Source of the DNA: Blastocladiella emersonii ATCC 22665 | Taxonomy: Eukaryota > Fungi > Blastocladiomycota | DNA length: 64,000 bases | Assembly: GCA_025594325.1 (NCBI GenBank) | Contig: JANHCV010000003.1 | Span: 1,674,001 to 1,738,000 of the forward strand | Direction: 5' to 3' | Shown: positions 47,259 to 58,835 of the stretch, one piece after another | How the letters are laid out: each line of letters begins with the position of its first letter | How positions within the stretch are numbered: the first letter of the stretch is position 1 | Translations under genes and position numbers: made by a program | Notes under the pieces: generated by a model | Databases searched by the model: none | Seen by the model: only the letters and a program-made list of their open reading frames with translations | Told to the model about the DNA's origin: nothing

Positions 47259-48575
47259 GGCGGGGTCGCGCGTTGCCGAGAGTCGTCGAGGATCAGCGGC
47301 CGCACAGGGCAAGATACATGGGTTCTGGGTCGCGGGTTGGCCATGGTGATCGCGGCGGGCAGCAAGAAGCTCGCTCGCAGAGGCAGAGACGGGAAAACCG
47401 TTGGCATCACATGCGGCGGCGTGACCGCGGTTTTCAGCCCGTCACCTGGCCACGGCGCACGCTGATTGGCCGGCGTGAGCCACATTTTCATTTACGGCGC
47501 GGGTTCCCGAAAATCAAGGCCAGCCACGCTGTGGTGGCGCGACCGCGCGACAAGGAAGCGGTTGACGGCGCCGGTCGCCGACCATGTTGCCTTCCTCCCC
47601 TCTCCCTGCCTCCCTGACTCTGCCCGCTGACGCATCGACGCTCATACCCGCACTCGTTTGCAGCATCGCATCGCATCGCATCGCACCACTTTCGCCGCCG
47701 CTGCCGCCGCCGCCCGCAACTCCTGCCGGCAGGCGCCGCCACCGACCACCACCACCTCGCTCGCTCGCGACCGACTCCCCCCGCACCGCTCCGCGCTCGA
47801 GCCCCGCAGAGCACTCGTCCTCTGCGGGCCCGTCTCGCGCACCCGCGACCTCCTCCGCCTCCATTCTCCTCGAATCGAGTCGAGTAGTAGAGCTCTCCGC
47901 ACCCGCGAGGTAAGCTGTTTCTCTGCCCCTCTCCACCCCTCCCCTCTCATCCTCCATGCATCGACATCAACATCGGCATCGGCCCTCGCGTGTGCGTGGC
48001 GACGATGGCGTGACGGCAGGGCTTCATGCAGCTGCTCGCCGTTGCGATGCAGCGGTGGCGCACGCTCGGCCGTGTCCCCACCTCGCACGCACGAAAGCAA
48101 GCAACGTAATCTGCACACGTTGCTGGCCGTTCGCAATCGCCCGCTCGCTCACTTGGTCGTTCGGCCAACCCTATACGGCCTGCCGGACCGAATCCGAGCG
48201 CTACGGCCGCCTGCCGCCTCGGGCCGCTGGCCATGTCTCAGACGGCGACCCAGGTGGACCGCGCGACCTGAGACGTGGCGGGCCTGCCCGTAACGCATCG
48301 CGGTCTGTGCCCTACCCGTGCCATGGCTGCCCGATACGGAACAGGGCATGGCGACGGGCGGCGACAGGCGTGCGCTGATCGGTGATGGGAGACGGCGCGC
48401 GGGCCAGCCGACCGGCCGCCGACCGGCCGCCGACCTTCCCGAATCCGCTCTCCTCTCCGCCCCACCCCATCGCACTCTATTTCATCGGCGGCGAACTAAC
48501 GCTCTCTCCTCGCTCGTCTCCACCAGACTCTCTCGCTCGCTCATCGCGCCGTAACCACACCCGACAACCACCACC

Positions 48576-51500
48576 ATGGGCAAGGCCCGCAAGAAGGGCG
48601 CCGCGCCCGCGGTGCCGGACCTGGTCCGCATCGAGGCCGCCGAGCCCATTGCCGTGGCCGTGCACGAGGCCCTGCGCGTCGCCGACGCCAAGGCGCCCGC
48701 CTACCACTACGGCTACCGCGCGAACGCCTCGCAGGACTCGCTGTTCGACGACGCGGGCGTGCTCGACGCCCTCGACGACGCCGACGCCGCCATCGCCGCC
48801 ACCCTCTACGGCGGCTACAACGCCTCGCAGATGTACACGTGGCTCGGCGCCGCCGCCATGGTCGGCGTCACCCCGCCCACGGCCTCGTCCACCATCCTCG
48901 CCGAGCTCACCTCGGACGCCGCCAAGGACCGCTGGTACAAAATGTACAAGAACATGCGCCCCGAGCCGCTCCCCTCGGCCATCGAGGCCGCCAAGGCCGC
49001 TGGCCGTAACCCGCCACCGCCCCGCGACGTCGTCCCGCACGCCTTCGCCATGGCCAACTCGCTCTACTTTCACCTGCGCCGCAGTGGCGTTGACCAGTCG
49101 CTGATCCTTCGGTACGCTCTTCTCACTGGTCGATCTGCCAGGAACCGCGAGCTAACCGACACGCACCTGCCGACAGAGGCGAGAACGGATCCGGCAAGAC
49201 CCTCCAGGCCGACCTGATCCTGCAGCAGCTGTGCAACATCTCGGGCAACTCGAAGCGCGACGAGCGCGTGCACCGCCGCGTCCTCGCCGCCCAGACCGTC
49301 CTCAACGCCTTCGGTTGCGCCAAGACCACCTCGGGCGCCGACTCGTCCCGGTTCGGGTCGTACCACGAGGTGCAGTTCAACGAGCGCGGCAAGCTCGTCG
49401 GCATGCAGCTCATCGCGTACGGGCTCGAGCGCAACCGCGTGCTGCGCCAGCGGCTCTCGGAGCGCAACTACCACGCCTTCTACTACCTGCTCGCGGGCGC
49501 CGACCCGGAGCTGCGCCAGGAGCTCGGCCTCAACGGCGCCGTGTTCCCGTACCTTAGTTTCGGCGCCAGTATGCCCGTGCAGGGCGTCGACGACGCCGGC
49601 CGGTTCGCCGCGCTCCAGGACGCGATGCGCGCCGTCGGCATCTCCAAGCGCAACCAGTACCAGATCTGGAAGCTGCTGGCCGCCGTACTCCACCTCGGCA
49701 ACATCCGGTTCGCCGTCGACAAGTTCAACGAGCAGGAGTCGTGCGTCGTGGCCAACCCGGACGCGCTCCAGTTCGTCGCCGGCCTGCTCGAGGTCGACCC
49801 CGACTTCCTCGCCAACGCACTCACGTCCAAGACGGCGCTCGTCGGCCGCGACCTCGTCACCCAGCTCCTCACCGTCGAGCTCGCCAACGACCACCGCGAC
49901 GCCCTCGCCAAGGTCCTCTACACGGTCCTCTTCACCTGGCTCATCGAGCAGATGAACAAGAAGCTCTCGGTCGAGGACGACATGGCCAATTTCATCGCCC
50001 TCGTCGACTTCCCCTCGGCCCCGGCCCCCGCCGCCTCCGCCGACAACGACACGTCCACGCGCGCCGGCGCCAAGGCTGCCGCCGCGGCGGCCGCCGCCGA
50101 GGCCTCGGCCGACGTGTCCAAGGTCGCCTTCGCGTACGCCAACGAGCGCATCGACGCCTTCGTCAACAAGCGCGTGTTCGAGTACGGCAACGCCGAGCTG
50201 CGCCAGGAGGGCATGGTCGTCCACGACACCAAGTACCCGAAGCCGGCCGCCGCCGAGAAGGCGTTCCTCGCCGCGGCCACGGCCGCCGCTGCTGCCGAGA
50301 CGGACGCGTTCCCCGGCGACTTCATCAACCTGTTCCGCGGCGGCAACGGCCAGGGCGGGTCCCGCGCGCCGCTGTTCCACGAGCTCTTCTCCGAGTCGAT
50401 CATCTCCATGGAGGCGTTCGAGAAGAACTCGGCGACCGTCGTCCGCGGCCAGTCGCTCATGCGCCGCAAGCCCAGCATCAAGCGCGCCAACTCGCGCGGC
50501 CGCGCGGGGAGTACCTCGGGCTCGCTCCGCCGTACGGGTTCGTCGGCGACCGCCGTCGGGCCCAACGGGCGCTCGGGTAAGGACGCGAACGGCGGCGTCA
50601 AGCCCGAGTCCGAGGCCGGCGTGTTCATGGAGCAGCTCGACGCGCTCATCGACGCGCTCGAGAACACGCACGCCAAGTTCCTGTTCTGCGTGCGGCCCAA
50701 CGCCGACCACTCGACGTCGTTTGACCTCAAGCTCGTGCGCGCGCAGGTCCACGACCTCCGCCTCGGGCTCGTCCTCGCGCACGTCGTCCGGCGCGGCGGC
50801 GGGTACACGCTGCGGTTCACGCACGCCGCGTTTGTCGAAAAGTACGGCCACCTGTACGACCTGGCCGAGGCCGGCGACGACCCGCGCGCCAAATGCGCGC
50901 TGTTCAAACAGACCAAGGGCATGGCCGACGCCGAAATGCACGTCGGGGCCTCGCTCGTGATCCTGCGCGACGACGCGTGGCTGCACCTCGAGAACGTGGT
51001 GCGCAAGCGCGAGCACGACGCCAAGCGGCGGTCCAAGAAGACGCCGCTCGGGCCCGGCGGGATCCCGCTCGCGCGCGACCGCCCGCTCTTCTCGCCCAAC
51101 GGCGACGCCCGCACCGAGTATTCCGGGGAAAACGACTCGGTGTACTCGGAGGGCGACTTTGGGGATGACGGGTTCGGGTCGGAGTGGGACGGCGACTCCA
51201 TGTACGGCGAGTCGGTCGCCGACGACATGGCGACCAACTACGAGCTCAACGAGCGCAACGTGCGCGCGCACGACGCCATCACGCGCGGCGTCAACGCGGC
51301 GCTCGACCTCAAGAACGAGGGCAACGGCGCCGGGATCGCCGCGTCGCACGCGCCCGACCACGACGACGGCTACGCCATGACGTCCGAGCGCCGCCGCTGG
51401 ATCCGCATCGTGTGGTTCCTGACGTGGTGGATCCCGACCCCGTTCCTGCGGTGGTGCGGCGGCATGCAGCGCGCCGACATCCGCATGGCGTGGCGCGAGA

Positions 51501-54500
51501 AGACGGCCATCTGCATCCTCATCGCCTTCGCGTGCGCCGTCCAGCTCTTCTTCATCATCGGGTTCGGCCGCATCATCTGCCCGCGCCAGAACATCTTCAA
51601 CCTCAATGAGCTCTTCTACAAGAAATCGCAGGACGAGTCGTTTGTCGCCATGTACGGCGCCATCTACGACCTGTCCGACTTCACCAAGGAGGGGTACCAC
51701 TCGTACGACATGCTCAAGGTGTACGCCGGGTACGACGTGACGGCCGGGTTCCCGCGCACGCCCGCCTACTACTGCGAGTACGCGCGCGACGCGGCGCCCG
51801 ACTCGCCGCCCCTGTACACGGAGCGGTCCAACGCCAACGGCACCTTCATCCAGCTGCGGCACCGCGAAATGTACGACCGCGACTCGTTTGGCGCGCAGCG
51901 GCGCGTCGACTGGCGGCTGCGCAGCAACATCAAGGCCATGGTCGGGTGGGACCCGACCGACATCCTCACGCTGTCGTCGGGCGCCTCGTCGGCGGCCAAC
52001 CGCGCCATGTTCTCGATCAAGGGCCGCGTCTACGACCTCCAGCCGTACATCAACTCGAACCTCGGGCTCAAGTTCCTCCCCGGCGATATCGTCACCCTGC
52101 TCCAGCAGAACCGCGGCAAGGACATGACCGAGGTGTCCGAGTTCATGGCGGCGTGGAACTCGAACAAGAAGCTGCGCGACTGCATGAACAATCTGTTCGT
52201 CGTCGGCGTCGTCGACTACCGCAAGTCGGGCCGGTGCATGTTCACCAACTACATCCTGCTCGCCTTCTCCATCATGCTCGCGGCGGTGATCGGCGGCAAG
52301 TTCCTCGCGGCGCTCCAGCTCTCGTCCAGCGGCACCCCCGAGGAGCACGACAAGTTTGTCCTGCTGCAGGTCCCCTGCTACACCGAGGGCGAGGACTCGC
52401 TGCGCCGCACCATCGATTCGCTGTCGACGCTCCGCTACGACGACAAGCGCAAGCTCCTGTTCATTGTGTGCGACGGCAACATCATGGGCTCGGGCAACGA
52501 CCGGCCCACGCCGCGCATCGTGCTCGACATTCTGGGCGTCGACCCGATGCTCGACCCGGAGCCGCTCTCGTTCCAGTCGGTCGGCGACGGCATGAAGCAG
52601 CACAACATGGGCAAGATCTACTCGGGCCTGTACGAGTGCCAGGGCCACCTGGTGCCGTACATTGTCGTGGTCAAGGTCGGGAAACCGTCCGAGGCGTCGC
52701 GCCCGGGCAACCGCGGCAAGCGCGACTCGCAGATGATCCTCATGCGGTTCCTCAACAAGGTCATGTTCGACGCGCCCATGTCGCCGCTCGAGCTCGAGCT
52801 GTACCACCAGATCAAGAACGTGATCGGCGTCAACCCCTCGTTCTACGAGTACGTGCTCATGGTCGACGCCGACACGGTCGTCATGCCCGACTCGCTGTCC
52901 CGCCTCGTCTCGGTCATGATCCGCGATACCTCCGTCATGGGGTGCTGCGGCGAGACCCGCCTGTCCAACGAGAAGGATACCTGGGCCACCATGATCCAGG
53001 TCTACGAGTATTTCATCTCGCACCACCTTGCCAAGGCCTTCGAGTCGCTCTTCGGCTGCGTGACGTGCCTTCCTGGGTACGCGCTCTCGCTCGCCCGCTA
53101 CTGCCGCCCGTTCTTGACTGACCGACCCCCGCTCGCCCGTCGAACAGGTGTTTCTCCATGTACCGCATCCGCTCGCCCAACAAGAACTCGCCGCTGCTCG
53201 TGTCCAACGAGATGATCCACGACTACGGCGACTGCAACGTCGACACGCTGCACAAGAAGAACCTGCTGCACCTCGGCGAGGACCGGTTCCTCACCACGCT
53301 GCTCCTCAAAAACTTCCCCTCGCACCGCACCGTGTTCACGGCCGACGCCAAGTGCGACACGCTGGCGCCCGACCAGTGGGACGTGCTGCTCTCGCAGCGT
53401 CGCCGCTGGATCAACTCGACCATCCACAACCTCGTCGAGCTCCTCAAGATCCGGCAGCTGTGCGGGTTCTGCATCTTCTCCATGCGCTTTATTACGCTTG
53501 TGGATCTCTCGGCAACGCTTATCCAGCCCGCCATCGTCGCGTACCTCGGGTACCTCATCTACCTCATCGTCGACTCGGTCCAGCGCAACGACACCAACAA
53601 CTTCCCCATGATCTCGATCATTCTGCTCGGCGTCATCTACGGCCTGCAGGCCATCATCTTCCTGATCAAGCGCGAGTGGCAGCACGTCGGGTGGATGATC
53701 GTCTACATCTTCGCCATCCCGATCTTCTCGTTCATGATCCCGGTCTACTCGGTACGCGCTCGTCTTTTCGCTGCCCCCGCGCTCGTCCCGCGCTCGTCCC
53801 GCGCTCGCCGCCCCCATTCTTCACCGCCGCTGCTCTTCGCCGCTCCCGCCGTCCCCGCCCTCGCCCTCTCCGCCGTCCCCACATTATTCGCCATCCTCGC
53901 CCACCTCGCCGCCCACCGCCGCATTTTTCTCGCCCGTCCTCGGTCTCGCGACCGGGAGTGACGTCACTGTGGCGCGTGTGAGTCACTGGTCGGGGTGACT
54001 TGAACTCCGCGAACTTGTCACTTCTCTCGACTCCCCCGACCTCCCCTCGCACGCTACTAACACTCTACTACCCTCCCGTATAGTTCTGGAAGCAGGATGA
54101 CGTCAGTTGGGGGAGCACTCGCATTGTCGCCGGCGAGAATGGCAAGAAAGTGGCGGTCGCGGCCGAGGTGGCCGAGAAGTTCGACCTCGCAGTCATTCCG
54201 CACCGCACCTGGTCCGAGCACGAGGCCGAGATGATGATGGGCATGGAGCACGCCATCGACGAGTTTGGCAACGAGCTGTCGCCGCGCGACATGCACCAGC
54301 AGCAGTACGCCGGCTCCATGTACGACGACCCGCTCGGTTCGGCCGCCATGAAGATGGCCATGGCCATCCCGCTGCCCGCCGACGACATGCGCAGCGAGCG
54401 GTCCGGCTACTCGTACCGCGGCACGCCGGCTTCCGCATCGCTCGGGTTCGGCGGTCCGTCGCCCGTCGGCATGGGCGGCATGGGCGCCGTCGACCTCAAG

Positions 54501-54815
54501 CGGTCCAACTCGGCGCATACGGCCATCTCGGCCTTCTCGGTCGGCCAGTACTACGGCGGCCCGACCACGCCGTCGCCGCTCCCGTCCATCCCGGCCGCCT
54601 ACGGCGGGCCATCACCGCTCGGCGGCATGGCCGGGTTCCCCACGGACGAGGAGATTTACCACGAGGTCCGCCGCATCCTGTCGACGGCCGACCTCATGAC
54701 CATCACCAAGAAGGCCGTCCGCGACGAGCTCTCGGCGCTCTTCAACGTCGACCTGTCCCCGCGCCGCGACTTTATCAACCAGTGCATCAACGAGATCCTC
54801 GCCAACGGGATCTAA
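48576..54815 (+). CDS. Myosin-motor chitin synthase (division 2, class V-like): myosin head, cytochrome b5-like, CS2 catalytic, DEK-C
   Basis: P-loop GENGSGKT, SSRFG, ERNYHAFY. Then LQVPCYTEG, DG.IMGSGND, GNRGKRDSQ, MVDADT, QVYEYFISHHLAKAFESLFGCVTCLPG, LHLGEDR, QRRRWINST, FWKQDDVSWG and C-terminal DLMTITKK. Introns near 49110, 53076 and 53752-54083. Confidence 0.97.
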
Positions 54816-55309
54816 GGTCGAGCGCGCGCCTCTCTCACACCACCACACCCCCCTCCCCCCTCACACCTGTATTCTTTCCTCCCTTATCCCACTCTTTTTG
54901 TTCTTGTCATCGCACTCCTTTTATGTCCATTAGATCCACATTTTTTCCTCACCCGCTTCGCGTCGTGCCTTGAATGTGTGACTCGAGCGACGTGGCGCTT
55001 TTGGCGCAACGCGTTCACTGAACCGGAGTCAAGTGCGCCCGCCGCGCCCGCACCCGACTCCCGCTCCCTCCCCGCGGCCGATGAAGCGATAGAGCTAGCA
55101 ATGTATAGAGCGACTCGGCAGGCGATCGTGCACGCAGTTTCGGTACGCACACTAACTCTGCGCTCTCAGCTGCGGGCTAACGCCACGACCACCGTAGTCG
55201 CGGAACTGGCGCTTCGGGGTGCACCCAGGGTTCAGTTTGCCTCAGCAATGGAACCACGGCTACATGGCCGCGCTCGCTGTGTCCGCTGCTGAGCCCGCCA
55301 CCGACGGCA

Positions 55310-55696
55310 AGGTGCTCGGCCACGTTCAACAAGGCCGTCAACCGCCTGCTCGACCGGTACCGCGTCAACGACAGCACGCGCCAGTCCGCGCTCCAGTTCA
55401 ACGCCGGGTGCATCACCAACACCAACGCGCAGATTCAGGCCATTGAGTCTTCGCCCGCCTACGCGCGGATCGGTACGATTCCTTTCTCCTTTGCACAGTC
55501 CCCGCTTGATGCTGACTCGACCGATTTTCTAGCGCCATTGCGCCACGCCCTCTTCCTCGCCGCCAACCGCCGCGCGCACGCTGGCGATTACCGTTTGGTG
55601 TTTCGGGTCGACGGTGGGCGCTCGTTCAACGTCGTGACCCGGCGCATGGCGCGAGTTCCAACCCCGGCTGACCTGCCTCAAGCACTTCAAATTTGA
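55310..55696 (+). pseudogene. Spliced gene fragment, left arm (intron 55473-55532)
   Basis: CSATFNKAVNRLLDRYRVNDST... has strongly GC3-rich codons; 60-nt GTACGA...GCTGAC...TAG intron. No in-frame start; product unrecognised. Confidence 0.5.
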
Positions 55697-57776
55697 CTGC
55701 AAGCGGTGCGAGTCCCCCTGGTGCGAGGCGGCGGCCATGCCTTCAAGACCCGCGCGATTAGGAAGCACGAAGGATTGCTACACCGCAACCCCCCGTGCTC
55801 TCTTCTTCACTGCGCCAGAGACCTTTGCACGACACGCTCGCGTCGACCGGTAACCGCTGGCACCGCGGCGCTCGCGCTTCACGCTCTCCACTCTGCCTCG
55901 AGTCGACGGGACCGGTCCGTGTCCGTTCGCCCGCGCCGGCTGCGCGGCCGCCGCCGTCGTCCCCACCATCTCCAACTCGTTCCCCTCCTGATCGACATGC
56001 TCATTCGCTCGCTTCGGCGACCTCTTCCCGTCCTTTGACGACGCACAACCCTGCCCTCGCACGCTCGCGGGCCGCGCCTTTGAACAGTGCGTCGGGCGAC
56101 GGACGGGAAGGGGGCTGCCGCTCGCGCTGCGCTAGTCCGCATGATCAGGAAGTGATACGGGGGACGGTGCGGGCCGGCCGGCTTGCAAGGCCACGGGCGC
56201 GTGCGAGCGGATGCGGACCCTCTCGACGACTCGCGGATTGGTGGTGGATGGGCGTAACCAGGCCGTGGTGCACGTCCAAGGTAAAGATCGGGTCGGGATG
56301 GACGACGACGCGTTCTTGTGTTGAGCAAATAGCAAGCAAATTGTGCGTGTATGATTCAAACCTGAAGAGGGTGGTGCTGAGTGACCGTCGGCGGCTCGAT
56401 GGGCAAGGCGGCAGGGGCCGTCGCGTCGCACCAGCGGCAGCACACCTGGACGACGTGGTCCGCACTGCCAAAATCCATTCGTTGCATCGAGTCCATGAGC
56501 GCAAAGCGGTGCGTGGTAAGGCTTCATGAGAGACAGCTCGGGAGCGAGCGGAACTCGACCGCGACGACGCGGCTGGCAGATAGCCTCGCTTTCACTCTGT
56601 CTCCGCCCGCTCACGTGTTTTCTAGACGCGTGAGGTCGGAGCGAGGTCTGTCGCGGTATGCCCCTTTGAACGATGCATGCTTTGGTTGCACAGGACGTCA
56701 TAGACATGGCGACAAACGGTCGAACCTTCTAGCTGGAGTACCTTCACCTAGCGTGAAGCTCTTCGCTCACCCGCGCCCTGGCTGAGCTTCTCTCATCAAT
56801 GGAAGGTCACGGAGACTCGCAGCAAGTCAGGGTCCGACCTCACGCGTCTAGAAAACACGTGAGCGGGCGGAGACAGAGTGAAAGCGAGGCTATCTGCCAG
56901 CCGCGTCGTCGCGGTCGAGTTCCGCTCGCTCCCGAGCTGTCTCTCATGAAGCCTTACCACGCACCGCTTTGCGCTCATGGACTCGATGCAACGAATGGAT
57001 TTTGGCAGTGCGGACCACGTCGTCCAGGTGTGCTGCCGCTGGTGCGACGCGACGGCCCCTGCCGCCTTGCCCATCGAGCCGCCGACGGTCACTCAGCACC
57101 ACCCTCTTCAGGTTTGAATCATACACGCACAATTTGCTTGCTATTTGCTCAACACAAGAACGCGTCGTCGTCCATCCCGACCCGATCTTTACCTTGGACG
57201 TGCACCACGGCCTGGTTACGCCCATCCACCACCAATCCGCGAGTCGTCGAGAGGGTCCGCATCCGCTCGCACGCGCCCGTGGCCTTGCAAGCCGGCCGGC
57301 CCGCACCGTCCCCCGTATCACTTCCTGATCATGCGGACTAGCGCAGCGCGAGCGGCAGCCCCCTTCCCGTCCGTCGCCCGACGCACTGTTCAAAGGCGCG
57401 GCCCGCGAGCGTGCGAGGGCAGGGTTGTGCGTCGTCAAAGGACGGGAAGAGGTCGCCGAAGCGAGCGAATGAGCATGTCGATCAGGAGGGGAACGAGTTG
57501 GAGATGGTGGGGACGACGGCGGCGGCCGCGCAGCCGGCGCGGGCGAACGGACACGGACCGGTCCCGTCGACTCGAGGCAGAGTGGAGAGCGTGAAGCGCG
57601 AGCGCCGCGGTGCCAGCGGTTACCGGTCGACGCGAGCGTGTCGTGCAAAGGTCTCTGGCGCAGTGAAGAAGAGAGCACGGGGGGTTGCGGTGTAGCAATC
57701 CTTCGTGCTTCCTAATCGCGCGGGTCTTGAAGGCATGGCCGCCGCCTCGCACCAGGGGGACTCGCACCGCTTGCAG

Positions 57777-58163
57777 TCAAATTTGAAGTGCTTGAGGCAG
57801 GTCAGCCGGGGTTGGAACTCGCGCCATGCGCCGGGTCACGACGTTGAACGAGCGCCCACCGTCGACCCGAAACACCAAACGGTAATCGCCAGCGTGCGCG
57901 CGGCGGTTGGCGGCGAGGAAGAGGGCGTGGCGCAATGGCGCTAGAAAATCGGTCGAGTCAGCATCAAGCGGGGACTGTGCAAAGGAGAAAGGAATCGTAC
58001 CGATCCGCGCGTAGGCGGGCGAAGACTCAATGGCCTGAATCTGCGCGTTGGTGTTGGTGATGCACCCGGCGTTGAACTGGAGCGCGGACTGGCGCGTGCT
58101 GTCGTTGACGCGGTACCGGTCGAGCAGGCGGTTGACGGCCTTGTTGAACGTGGCCGAGCACCT
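57777..58163 (-). pseudogene. Mirror copy of the spliced gene fragment, right arm (intron 57941-58000)
   Basis: Reverse complement of 55310-55696. An extra upstream exon and intron lie in 58164-58396, but their frames do not join cleanly. Confidence 0.5.
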
Positions 58164-58835
58164 GGACCCGTGCCCGTCTCGTGCTCCGCGTCGCAAATGT
58201 GAGTTGCATGGATACTCGAGCAGGCGGACGACGAGCGCGAATCTACGCGACGCGGTACGCGAGTCAGTTGAACGTCGTCGCACTCCACGAACCTGCGGAT
58301 CTCGAAGCACGCGTACCAGCAGCGTCCGAGGCAGACTCGGCGGCGGGCGCAGCGGGCGCGGCGGCCACGGCGAGCGCAGCCGACGGGTTGGGGTCGGCGG
58401 ACACAGCGAGCGCGGCCATGTAGCCGTGGTTCCATTGCTGAGGCAAAATGAACCCTGGGTGCACCCCGAAGCGCCAGTTCCGCGACTACGGTGGTCGTGG
58501 CGTTAGACTGCGCCAGAGAACGAAGATTCAGCACGCTTACCGGAACCGCTTGTACGATCGCCTGCCAAGTCGCTCTATACATAGCTAGCTCTATCGCTTC
58601 ATCAAACGCCCAGAGGGAGCGGGAGTCGGGTGCGGGCGCGGCGGGCGCACTTGACTCCGGTTCAGTGAACGCTTTGCGCCAAAAGCGCCACGTCGCTCGA
58701 GTCTTACGCTGGCTCCATGACCATGGGCATGGGGAAAACGTCGCTGGCAACCCTAACGCGCCCAAGGGACGCGTTGCGCCACATCATGTGAACGGTTACC
58801 AACTGGCTGAACGTATTCTATTCGACAACCGCTCA

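Larger units (their letters stand above)
54980..58703. repeat. 3.7-kb foldback (long inverted repeat)
   Basis: Inner arms 55310-56640 and 56833-58163 (1331 bp; paired coordinates sum to 113473, no difference noticed), spacer 56641-56832. Outer arms 54980-55286 and 58397-58703 (307 bp, diverged). Confidence 0.97.

Noticed and set aside
49070-53026. 1318-aa minus-strand ORF, and similar long antisense ORFs (26402-27997, 39216-40481, 44673-46181, 30896-32605)
   Set aside because: Shadow ORFs of GC3-rich genes on the opposite strand; no motifs of their own.
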